Below the pieces are notes generated by a model. That model was given only the letters and a program-made list of their open reading frames with translations. It ran no database searches and was not told the DNA's origin. 64,000 nt of DNA, from the NCBI RefSeq assembly GCF_030028105.1, contig NC_092376.1:87866733-87930732 (forward strand), given 5' to 3'. Below are positions 22,417 to 34,449 of this stretch, piece by piece. A program made the position numbers and the translations under genes. Positions within the stretch are counted from its first letter, which is position 1. Each line of letters begins with the position of its first letter. Source of the DNA: Mobula birostris (Eukaryota).

Positions 22417-25400
22417 TTGGATGGATTGTTAGATACTTTGGGTCTTGAGATAAGTTGCAGGAGGTGACTGGCAGTCCATTTCAGTACAATGACAAAGATT
22501 GCGGCTGTATTTCATGCAGCAGACAATCATCCTTTGCAGTAAGGATTTCCTACTTATCATTATGTAAAAAGACCTTGGAATTCATTATGTCTGTCATGAA
22601 CCCAGGGTGGGAGTTTTTTGGTGGATTGGATACTTATAGAGGCAAAGGATGGCTGGTGTCATGAGTGGTTACTTTAAAATATCCCCATGTTTATCATCTT
22701 CTCTGACAAACCTGCTGGAAACACATCAGATAAAGTCTCATGCATGTATACAATGAACCCCTTGTACTCTCATTAAAATGTATTTATTCACATTACCTTA
22801 TCAGGAAATATCTGAGAAGGTTTGCAGCAAGACCATCAATGCTCCAATATAGTGAGTGCTGTAACCTTACATTTCCGGAAAGTTTTCACTTGGGAGAGTG
22901 AATTGAGAAATAAGGTTCTGTTGTGTGCTCTTTAGTAGTCCCATGGGCATTCTATAGGAATGTAAATCATTTTTTATTATTCAGACTCACTGTTACTTTT
23001 ATGGGAAGCTACAAGGATTAGTAGCTATTATTGGGACACTTATGTCTGTGAGCTTCAGTCCCTAGAGTAATGCAACAACACCAATTTGATAAAAAGCTTA
23101 TTGAATGAATTTTGATTGCAACTCAAATGCTCTCTGAGATGGCTCAATGGGTGTAAGGGCTCTTTAAAGGATTTAATTTCCAGGCTAAAAAAAACAACTA
23201 ATCATGTGCTCGACAATTTTATTTATGCATCTGGTTCAAGATTTGAGGGAAATTTCAGCCTGTTATTCCAAACCAAATCTTGCAGTTGTCCTAAGCACCA
23301 CGGAGGGGCCTTCACCACATGGCACAAGATTCTGCTGACCACCACTTTCCTATTGATGGCTTAGGACGGGTAATAATTCTGACCCTGAGACACCCACATC
23401 CTGTGTATAAATAAAAAGAACTATTTATTTTTGCAGTTTAACATTACCTTGAGGACTGTAAGCATTTCACAGACAGGGAAGACTCTATTTAGACTGTTGT
23501 GCTTTCAACACTAAATGTGTTTGGAAATGTTTTGAGGTTGTGAAAGACAAGAGGTTCATAACATCAGCAGGGTATTTGTACAACTTGCCTCCAACAAGCA
23601 TCTTATCTGGAGTTATGGCCAGAAGGAGAAGTGTAACATTAACACATTCACAGTTCAAGATTTCAACACAATTACTAAGGGAATTTTTGTGTTCCTTATC
23701 TAAATCTAGTAAAGTGCAGAAAACAATATTTTATGGCAGATGGTGGAATGAACGTCAGTGGGAAGCTCTGAACAGCAAAACAGTGAATTGTTTTGGGTTA
23801 GTGGTTGATGGGTTCTGAAGTTCCTGCACCATCTCAAACCTGAAAGATAGGAAGGCTATTCCAGTACTTTGACGATATTTGTATTTCAGCTTTTTATCTG
23901 GATTTTGCTCGTGCAGCTCCAGCAATGCAACCATGAATCATCGGACGGCTGTAGTGTGTGTGAAATGAAACGCACTCCCCTCCCACCGGCCTGCTTTCAC
24001 ACTGACTGCAAAACTATCTTTATTGATTCGTTAGACTTTCTTACTCCTGACTTGTAAGACAGCACAGCCTGATACCTTCCTTGTTGAGTTGTTGTTCACC
24101 TTTTTGTTTGGGAGCTAAGAGAATAGTGCCTGAAGTAAGTACCGATGCCCAAACAAGTGATTAGCAAGGACTTAGGATACTGATGAAGTTTCCAGATACA
24201 AGTTACCAAATCAGACTTCACCCTGAATTGTGAGCAAAGATATTACCGAAACAGTTTGAATGACAGCTCCCCTTAAGCTTGCTGTGCTGGTCACTGGGAA
24301 AAGACATGACTATTGAAAGCCACATTCCATGACAGCCTTTAGTACTGCTAGACTGTGGAGATGTGTCACTGAGAGCTTGTGCCTGGTTTCACTGCAGAGT
24401 ATGTCCTCTGGTTTTACTGTGAAGGAAAACTGTTGGTTGGAAGTCCCACCTTAAACAGCTAATAAACAGCCAATTTTTACTGATAAATACAGAAGTGGGA
24501 GCAGCACACTGGACAACATCATTGACTGAACTTCAGAAAGTAAGTAAGTACATGATTCACACTGTGAATCACACTGGCAAGTGCCTGGGTCAATTTTCCA
24601 ATTGTTGCTAATTGGCAACTGGCATAGTTTAATATACAGAGAAAATTGTGCCCATAAATCTAATTTCTACACATTATTGTTTTAAAATGAAAGGATTTAT
24701 TTGTTAAAGATTCTCAAGAAGAGGCATGTGTTCAAGCTGTATTTATTAATTTTTGCCTGTCTCTTTACATCAATTTCCTTTGAAAATTTATTGAGTCTAT
24801 GATTTATCTTCTGCAATTCCAAGCAAACAATAAGTTAGAAGTTCATATATCTTTTATTTAACATGGGTGTTAGCCCACTAGTGTAAATAATGGATAGAGT
24901 AATTCCACAAAACACCTCAAGCATTTCTTTGCTCTTATTATTAATTAATTTCAGCCATTAATCTTTAGCGACAGCAGCCAGGATATAATGCCATTTCTTC
25001 GCTCATTTTATTTTGAAGTTCAGAAAAGTACCAACACCTTTAAAACAGAAACAAAACTGTCTCAAGTAACTTCACAGAGATTGAACTACATAGAAGACTC
25101 TAATCAAAAGACAGAGATAATAGGAGCAGATTTTGAAGAGAGCTTTCAGTGGATATTAAAACAACGAGGCAAGAGGGATCAAGAGAGAGAATTCTTGAGA
25201 TTTAATCAGGGGTGCCTCATTAAATATGAGGGATCGAGAGTCAGAAGGTAGAACAAAAACAGAATAGGATAACAAACTGAGGGAAGGGATTTACAGCGAC
25301 AGGAAGTGCAGACTTGGTGAAAGGAAAAGATTTATACTAATAATCCATGCATTAAACTGCTAACTGGTTTATTTAAGCAAATTCTGAGATGATAAATGAA

Positions 25401-26014
25401 TGACATATGCAGGAAGCATTGTTCATGTAAAGCTATGATGGGCTGACATATATTGCAGCTTCTATGGCTGTTGTTATAAGAATGTATTTTGATATTATCC
25501 ATTCAGTTTTAAAAATTCATCACATTTATGTGTATGTAGTAGAACATGTTCGAAGATTTTTGCCCAGATCAACCATCATCCACCAAGTGGGACATCTAAT
25601 GCTTAATGCCTTTCTATCAATAGTTATATTGATTTTATGGTACAGTTGAAGAAAAATGTTTTGTTTATACAAATAGAAATTGCTAAACATAACTTTACAA
25701 AACAAAAACAATGAGAATTATCTGATAAGTTATAAAGGCTTTTTTTTGTGAGTGGTTTATTTTTAATGAGTTGAGCTTTTAAAAACTATGATGGGAACTC
25801 TATCTAATACTTGACAATAACAACGTATATGCAGTGTGCTCTCCTGAGAAAGTGACCGTACACTTTCACAGACATTATGAGAGCGAAACTTCTCAAATTT
25901 GTAATCCTTTGGTCAAATGCTTCTGCTTTGGACTTGGAGAAATTTGAGCAGAAGAGGGTGAAGTAAGGTAATATTTTGTGATGGATTGGATGGGAGGGAC
26001 AATGGAAAAGGAAC

Positions 26015-26110
26015 AACACACAAAATAATGGAGGAACTCAATGGGTCAGACACCATCAATGGAGGGAAACAGATAGTTGATGTTTTGGGTTGAGAGTCTT
26101 CATTGGGGAA
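26015..26110 (-). mobile_element. Penelope-type repeat fragment with decayed hammerhead motif
   Basis: - strand: ccaatgaagactctcaacccaaaacatcaact...tgagttcctcca. Confidence 0.55.
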
Positions 26111-26369
26111 AACAGTTGTGCATTTTCAAGATCCACAAGTGTTATTTCTAGTATTGAAAACCTTGAATAAGTTATTGCAAACAACACTGGAACAGAAAGA
26201 AAAGCACAATAAATAGACAACAAATGTTAAAAGCAAAGACATGACTGGGTATCTTCAAGTAAATGACACAAGGTAGTGAATGAATTAATATTCGGGTTAA
26301 ATCTATGTAAAGTTATTCTCACAAATACACCTTTATCGGTGGTATCTGCCTATGATAGTTTTAAAACAC

Positions 26370-26950
26370 AGAACATAAAATACTACAACCTCGTACAAGC
26401 CCTTTGGCCCACGATGTTTTGCTGATCTTTTAGCCTACTCTAAGATTAATCTAACCCTTCCCTCCAACATCGCACTCCATTTTTCTAACATCCATGTCTC
26501 TTCAATGTCCCTACTGTATCTGTCTCTGCCACCACCCCTGGCAAGACGTTCTACGTGTTCACCATTCTCTGGGTGAAAAACTAACCTCTAATATCACCCC
26601 CCCAAATACTTTCCTCCAATCACCTTCAACATATTTTAGATTTAAGAATGCTTAATGACATCTCCACCGCACAAGGGTAAAGGGGAACAAAATAATTGTT
26701 ACCCCGGCTCTGATGTAGTGCAAATAAGATAAAGAGCACAATAATAATAAAAGCACAATAAATATAAATACATTAGATAGCTTATTTACCTAGAGCAATT
26801 GTATGTCCATTAAGTGATGCCTCCTGGTGTTAGCTGTTTCCACCCTGGAAAACGTCTCTGGCTGTCCACTCAATCTATGCCTTTTATCATCTTGTACACC
26901 TCTATCAAGTCATCTCTCATCCTCCTTTGCTGCAAAGAGATTGCCCATTG
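26370..26950 (-). mobile_element. CR1 3' fragment with an internal LINE-tail insertion (about 26630-26820)
   Basis: CR1 tail acagaacataaaatactacaac...ccctttggcccacgatg; resumes at tttccaccctggaaaacgtctctggctgtccactc. Confidence 0.7.
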
Positions 26951-26984
26951 CTCACAAGATATGCTGTATAAACAATTAGAATTG

Positions 26985-27830
26985 GTAGAAGGGATCACCA
27001 CACAGTTTTTGAGGAAGCTTTGTCATGTCCTCGCGAGGAGCACTATCCATTGTGGGAGTCGTGCTATATTTATGCTGAACAGGATAGAGTCAGGATAGAT
27101 CTGGGAATTCAAATCTGGGCATTCATCAGTCATTCTGGACCATCAACAGCAGCAGAAATGGATTCTCCCACAGTCTGTAAACTTATTGGCTGGTATATAC
27201 CTCATTCTACCATTACAATCAAGCCATGTGACCCAAACAGGTTTCAATGTCGAGTGCAGAAGGTCACATCAGGATCAGTAGCAGGTACTTCTAAAAATGA
27301 GGTGCCAACCTCGCAAGCTTCAATGTAGGGCGAAATGTACAAAATCAATGGATCAGATTAACACTCTGCAGTCCTGCCTGTGCTGGACATTGGTAGGGGA
27401 GGGCAACTAAACTGCCAATGAGGTGAAGAGACTCCAAGAACATTCCCATTTTCAACATTGGCAGGGGCCAGTATAAGAGCACTGAAAACAAGACTGAAGT
27501 ATTTGCATCCATGTTTAACCAGAAGTGTTGGTTGGATGACACATTTTGATGCCCTCCTGAGACAAGTTAGTCTTCTGTCAATTTGATTCACTCCACATGA
27601 TATTTAGAAATGGCGGATAGTACTGCATAAAACAAAGGTTGTGGGACCTCACACGTCCAGGATGAGCGAGCTGTTTCATTCAGGTGCAGATACAACATTG
27701 GTATTGTAAAGCGCTGTAAAAAATCACCCAGGAACGTCATGCATGTCAGTCAAAAGGAGAACAAATCCAAATTAGGCAATTGCTACCCATTTGGTCTACT
27801 CTCAACAGCACTGGCAAGCGGACTTACTCA
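26985..27830 (+). mobile_element. Old CR1-group ORF2 remnant
   Basis: caaaaggagaacaaatccaaattaggcaattgctacccatttggtctactctc is a degenerate NYRPISLLS region. Confidence 0.55.
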
Positions 27831-27834
27831 CCAA

Positions 27835-28320
27835 TAATACTGCAGATACTAAAAGAACTGAAGCAGAAATAGAAAATGTCAAAGCAGCAGGTGAGGCAAA
27901 ATCAATGGGAAGAGAAACATATTAATGCTTTAATATGTTCTGGTTGGAATTTGTTGCCAAAACCAGGGAAGAGAAATAAAGGATAGGTGATTTTTTAAGT
28001 TGCTGAGAAGGAGGGGAGAGATGGATGGAACAAAGGGAATTTCTTTGATATGATAAGGTCAGGTTTGATGTGGTGAGAAGTTAGAGAGGTCATCTGGTCA
28101 ATGGGTCAGTTGGGCAGTTAGAGCAAAAGAGGGCATAATTTAGATGGCAAGACTACTGACAAAGGAATGTGAAATGGGGCAAAATTCAGAACTGCATGAC
28201 ATGCTCAGCAGGTCAGGAAGTGCTCATGGAGAAGGGATGGCTGAGTCAAATTCATAAATGGATGACCAACAAAGAACAAGCACAGACTACTGACAGAGAG
28301 AGCAAAATACCTGAGGTTAT
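27835..28320 (-). mobile_element. Degenerate Penelope-type repeat
   Basis: aatactgcagatact...gcagcaggtgaggcaaaatcaatgggaagagaaac; a second ctcagcaggtcagg motif near 28205. Confidence 0.45.
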
Positions 28321-28998
28321 AAAATCTTAAACTTTGACATTGTTAGGGGAATCCTTGCTGCTCTTTAAAGCCATTAAGAGGTGGTAAAGCATTTTCCATG
28401 CTAATGACCTGCAGCATATTTATGTTGGTGAATGCTTTGGTATTTGGAGAGCAGTGCCAGTCATGATGATTTCTCTGTGAATTTCAAGCAGCTGTCAGCA
28501 CTCACAGCAGGGCTTCAGCTACTCTTCATGGTGGCCGAACAGACACTACAGATAATGTCACTTTGATTGAGGAACAAGAGGCAGCGGAGGGGAGGGAATA
28601 AACCATGTTGACTAACAGGGACATAACACAGAACAACTGGTGGTGACATTATTTTTCTTTAATTTAGTCATTTTTCAGAATCTGGGAGTCACCAGAAAAG
28701 GCAACATTCTTTGCTTATCCTTACGTGGTTATGAGAAATAGCTGAGAGCTGCCTTCTTGAATCACTATGGCAACCTGGTGAAGGTGTGGAGGGAGGTACT
28801 ATGTACTGGAGGGCTGAGAGAACCTGAAGGGGAACCATTCACCAGTGATAGCAGGAAGTGGCTGAAATTCAATTTGTCTGAAGTATCAACCTATAAAAAA
28901 GGAATAAGGGTGTAAAACACTGTGACCTTACCAAACATATCAAGGTTAGAACTAAAACAGTTTTCACTTATTCTCATGACAATATGCCTGAAATAAGC

Positions 28999-29052
28999 AA
29001 ACACAGACACACACACGCACAACAAATACAGACATACACACGCACACACAAC

Positions 29053-29103
<51 letters not shown>

Positions 29104-29317
29104 CAAACACAGACATACACATGCACGCACAACCATACACAGACACAGACAGGCAGTCACACACACACAAAACAAATACAGATATACACATGCGCACACA
29201 GCCATACTCAGACACAGACACACACACGCACACACAACTATACACAGACACAGACACACACGCACATCAAACATAGACATACACATGTACACACAGCCGT
29301 ACACAAACAAAGACACA

Positions 29318-29372
<55 letters not shown>
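28999..29372. repeat. (CA)n microsatellite with degenerate compound interior
   Basis: Two long pure CA runs flank CA/GA/TA-interrupted units. Confidence 0.95.
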
Positions 29373-29375
<3 letters not shown>

Positions 29376-31756
29376 ATATACTACATGCCTTCATCTCTGC
29401 TTTATCCTCATCTTCACAGTGCACGTAGATTAAGACACTAAATAAAGAATGTCCCACAGTTTGACTTTAAAACAATGCTTTAATTTTTTCCTCTATGTGA
29501 GTCATAGGTCTTAATGAACAGAACAGAAGTGACCAATCCTGAGTGAAGTGTAGGAGCAATGGGTGTTGAGTTGGTTTCTAAGATCAGTTTTGTTCTCATT
29601 ATTTCTCTAGGACTTTACTTGATGTCTTCATCAAGAGATGCAAATAGTGAGCAGATTGCTCTTCTCCAGAGATAGGAAGATGCCTGTAATATGCAAATCA
29701 TTTTTATCAAGGACACAGAAAACACAAGAGCAGAAATGACCCTAAATCTCCAAAGTATGCATATCTGTCATGTTTCCCTGATTCAACTCATAGTATCTCC
29801 TATTTTGCCTGATAAATTCACAATCGGCAAGTGCATTACTCCATTCTTCAGTTATTATTTAATAAGTTCAAGCTCACAGTGCACCTTCAGTTAGTGTGTG
29901 GTTATCTGAGAGAGCTAATATTTCCATTTTAGCCTTCCCCCTGACTCACCAGCAATAGAGTCGAAATGACCAGTTGTTCAGGTAAGAGCTCTGGAAGCAA
30001 GACTGAAGCATTCATAGTCATGTTTAGACAGCAGTGTTAATCAGATGACCAATTTTGAATCTTGAGGGAATCTAATCTTCAGCTGATTTGATTCACTCCA
30101 TGAGATATTAAGAAATGGTGGAGAGCACTCGATATAGCAAAGAGTATGGGACAAGATTATATGAGTGAACTTTGCCTTTAGAATCCTTGTAGCTGCTAAA
30201 CCAATCTTTATATAAAATTCTGCAATATTGCAATTCTTAAGTTCAGTGACTCTATTAAATTAAGTGCAACCAACTGGGCTGTAGTTTCTAGTGTTATTAT
30301 GTGTTACTGTAAACATTGATAATTGTGTAGCTAATATTTGATAATGACAAAATATTAAGAAGCCATTTTAATTTTGGTATTACTGCTCTCTCAATGTTCA
30401 TGAGAGGCTGATCAGAAAGGAGTTATCTTGTTCTTCCACAAAGCTATAATCTTTTGATAGTTAAAATTCAGTTATATAGTTTGCCTTAAGTACTGACCAC
30501 TATCCCAGGTGGTACTTCTGCTTGACATGTTGCTTCTTGCAACTCACTACTTTATCGTTTCAAAATAAATCAAATCTCAAAGCAGTATTCTGTTTAGATC
30601 TACATGTGGTCCTTGTATAAGGTGCACAATGCAGTGGTGAAATTATGGGCCGTAAAGCAAAATTCCTGCAGTAGTCTAGATGCATTGCATAGACTTTGAT
30701 TTGAGTTCAGAATGGAATTTATAAGTCTGATGATGATTTTCTTGTTAGCATCCATATCTTCAGGATCCTTGCCAAGCTAGATGAGGAGAAAGAAGTAACA
30801 CCTTCTGAGACCAGAACTGAAAATGGATCAAAATGAACACATTCTGCTTTTAGCTGTCTTGAAATGGATCAACAAGTTTGGTGTGACTTCCTATTCGACG
30901 GGAGAGCTGTATTCTCAGATATGAACTGAACAGTTGACTTCCATGAGGGTGCTCTCATAGCTTATTGAGTAGGTTATTTAATGGCAGTGAACAATAACCT
31001 TAAATTTTTGAAACTAATACTTGTGTAGGTTAAAATATCCCTTAGACACAGCTACTGCACTTCATGGGTCTTATTGGAGAACTCATATAGCCAAAACATT
31101 TAACCAGTGAGTTACCTCAATTGCTTGAAATCCTGAGCTTAGAACTAATTGACTGTAGTTGAGAGGCCTTTGAGTTTGTCAGTTTGCTGACTGAATATGC
31201 AGCACAAAGGTAACAGTAATGTGAAGCTTTTACAGTGAGCAGAACCCCATGGTGGTGAAAAAAGATGTCAACCACTGATACATATATCATCATGTAAGGA
31301 ATAATTCATCTGCAGGAAAGAATGTGCAGGTGCTTTCCTATGTTGTCTTTTATTATGTAAACATTACTAAGCATAGGATGGAATTAACAATGTGGCAACT
31401 GACAGATTAAATCCAAAGTGCTATACAGTATATTTGTTCTCTGTATTCAGGAAAATATTTCCTCTGTTAGATTATAACTACCCTTTCCTGATCATGTTGT
31501 TCCTGCATTTATGGTGTAGCATCTTCCTGCCGAGGCTTTTTATCATCTGCTTTATAGGTGTTCTCCTCGTCTTCCTCCAGTCAGGGTGCCACCTCTTCCG
31601 GCAGCGCCTACCCAGCATGGATTGGACTCTCTGCTCAGCTAGGTTTTGCGGAATCAACGAGGAGCCAGATCTGTTCAGAGTGTATAACAGCATAGCTTTG
31701 GACAGCTGGAGAGAATAACCTCATCTTCAGGAGATCAGTGGCATTCTCTGCTGATC

Positions 31757-31905
31757 ACAAACAACAGAAGATCTGCAGATGCTGGAAATCAAAGTAATAC
31801 ACACAAAATGTTGGAGGAAATCAGCAAGACAGGCAGAATTTGTGGAAAAGAACAAACAATCACCATTTTGGTCTTCATGAAAGGCCTCAGCCTGTAACAC
31901 TGATT
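31757..31905 (-). mobile_element. Penelope-type 3' repeat with inverted partial copy
   Basis: atctgcagatgctggaaatc...ttggaggaaatcagcaagacaggcag, then + strand gtcttcatgaaaggcctcagcctgtaac. Confidence 0.6.
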
Positions 31906-31909
31906 TTTT

Positions 31910-32615
31910 TATAACCCTGTCCTCAGCACCTCACAGTGAAGCCAGAGTAGCAATGGTTGACAGTTTCAAGTTTCTAGGCAACCTTCTCACCTGGTCCCTC
32001 CATACTGATGTAGTAATCTGAAAAAGACACAGCAACATAGTCCGCTCTTAGGTATCTGAGATTTGGCATGTCCATGAGGATTTTTTTGAACTTAAACAGA
32101 TGCACAATTGAAAATCTCGGCCTGGTATGGCAAGTGCTCTGGATCATCAGGGGCTGCAAAGGGTGGTAGCCACAGCCAGGTCCATCACAAGCCTGTCACT
32201 TCCTTTCAGCCAGTCCACCTTCACAATACACTGCTTCAGGAAGGCTAATCCGTGATGCCTGCCGCTTTGCTCATTTCCCTTTCCTTCTTCTGCCTTCTGG
32301 GAGAAGTTATAGGAACTTGAAAGCCCAGATGTAGATTCTTCCCCACTTCTGTCAGACTTCCGATCCAATCTGTTCTTTTCCATCTTCTCCTGATGGTTGC
32401 TATCACTTCCTCAGACTCTTGATAGCTCACTCGGTTACTCCATTATTGTCATTTTAACATTCCTTTTTGCACTATTTCAGACAGACAGTGTTTCATTCTT
32501 TGCAACCTCCTTTCGTTTTCTGCTCATCACTGAGTGTACTTATTGTCATCACGTGTGTTGTTTACTTTGTGAGTTTCACTTCATCCTGATGAACATGACA
32601 ATAAATTAACCTGAA
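31910..32615 (+). mobile_element. Degenerate Rex1-type LINE 3' part
   Basis: gacagtttcaagtttctagg (FKFLG) and ctgcaaagggtggt remnants; tail atgacaataaattaacctgaa. Confidence 0.6.
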
Positions 32616-32954
32616 TTAGGACTAATGATGACTGGCAAAGAAGCCCACTGATAGTGTGATTTCCTAGGTTGCGCGTTGTAAACTATGAGAAATTTCTTCC
32701 AGAAGATCATCTGCAGAATGTCACTTAGTGGCTTAATAAACTAAATTTTGCAAATACGTTTATCCTCAGAGATGTCTCTGTAGGATCAATATGGTTTGGA
32801 TCTTCCCACCTGTGTTCTTTTGTGCTTTCTCCACTGGAGACCTCAGTTTGGCTTGAGGTTCCATCTCAAAAGCAATTACCAGCATTGTGATCAAAGAAGC
32901 ACCTAGAGTAGGTATTTAGCATGTAAAAAAATCATTTTTGAAACAAGTTATCAT

Positions 32955-33280
32955 CTTCCAGAATTCCATTGTTTCTTGGACAGGCTGAGAGGGAGCAAAT
33001 GTAATAACATTACTTAAGAAAGGACAGGGAGGGAAAATGGAGAACTTCAGAGCAGTTAACTTTGGGAAATTGCTGGAATATTCATTTATTATTAAAGAAG
33101 TTATATTCCTGCACTCTGTAATAGTCCAGATTCAGCAGAGTTAGTAGAGGTTTATCAAAGGGAATTTGGGCTTAACATATACAGGTATGTCAAAGTTATT
33201 GAAATTTTATCTTCATATGGACTTTTGGAAGATCTTCAAGAAGTTGTCACACATTATGTTATTAAATAGAATGAGGGAAC
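32955..33280 (+). mobile_element. Highly degenerate CR1 RT fragment
   Basis: atcatcttccagaattcc...gcaaatgtaataacattacttaagaaagga...atatggacttttggaagatcttc. Confidence 0.55.
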
Positions 33281-34449
33281 TGAATGTATACAGTATCAAA
33301 CTGACATTTTTGAGTGACATACCAAATCCACAAAGGGAATATACATACATTGCACACTTGTTTAAATCTATATTGAATAGTTTCAATAAATGTTTCATTA
33401 GTCTTTAAAATGCATCCTTTAATAAGCCAACAGTTTTTGAGTTTTCTTTCTGGTATCTCTTATTGTCTCTTTAATCAATAAGTAGCCCTAAGTAAAACTA
33501 TTGCAGTATTCTCACAGTTCTGTGAATTGCCGTTTTACAACATCTTGCAGTTAGAATGAGCAATGGCATGCAGCTGGCATTTGATGTAATTGATGCCATT
33601 GATGTATGAGAGGTGGGGCAGGGTGGATTTGTGTGGTAATTCTGGAAGGTTTTTGAATGCCGACAGCCATCCAAACAATTACTAATATTTTTAATGAACA
33701 AGATTACCTGGATAATACAGGGCTTATACTTGCAGATGCACTGCTAAAGCTCAAAAAAATCTGCTGATTTGCTCTGCCAACCAGCAGGTTCAATCCAGAT
33801 GTATTATTCACTATTCATTTTTTCCACATGTTTGGCTTGTCATGAAGATGGTTGACAAAGTTTTCGGTGCCATTGGTAGGCTAATTATGGCTTGTGTGGG
33901 ATTAATGATATTCTACCTCAGGAGACCTCCTTCTATGTTAGTTTTAAAGTATTTCCTTTGTTCCTGCTTATCCTGCTGCTAAATGAATAAGGTTCTTCTG
34001 TATTTAGTAGTGTTCTATTCCATTTGGAAACTGTACACTGGAACATTTCCAATCATAAAATCAATGTCATCCTAGCTCTGCGGTGTTACGGTTACCTTCA
34101 TTTCAATCTCCAATGCAAAGCATCATGCTAATACTTCTACATATTATTGATGGAGAATTTCTGTTGTGAGAATTGTCGATTTTGATTGAAATAATTAATA
34201 GCTCAGAAATTGTTTTGCATAGCACAATGGTCTTGAGTTCTATACAAAGGATTTTTATCATAAACTCATGATGAACCAGTACTTACTGCATATTAAAACA
34301 GGCTACCAAATTTGTCTGATTGTCTGTGCATGCTTATAGATTTACATAGATTTTCACAGCATAGGAACGCGCACTATGGCCCAACTTGTCATTGTAGTCC
34401 AGGGCAGCAACCTGACCTAGTCCCATTTGACCCACTGTGTACATACATC

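Noticed and set aside
25871-25967. Possible small + strand exons (also 29953-29981 and about 30765-30835)
   Set aside because: Splice signals are partial and the peptides unrecognisable; expected by chance in 64 kb.
28891-29457. Long Cys/Val-rich and His/Thr-rich ORFs
   Set aside because: They are translations of the (CA)n/(TG)n microsatellite.
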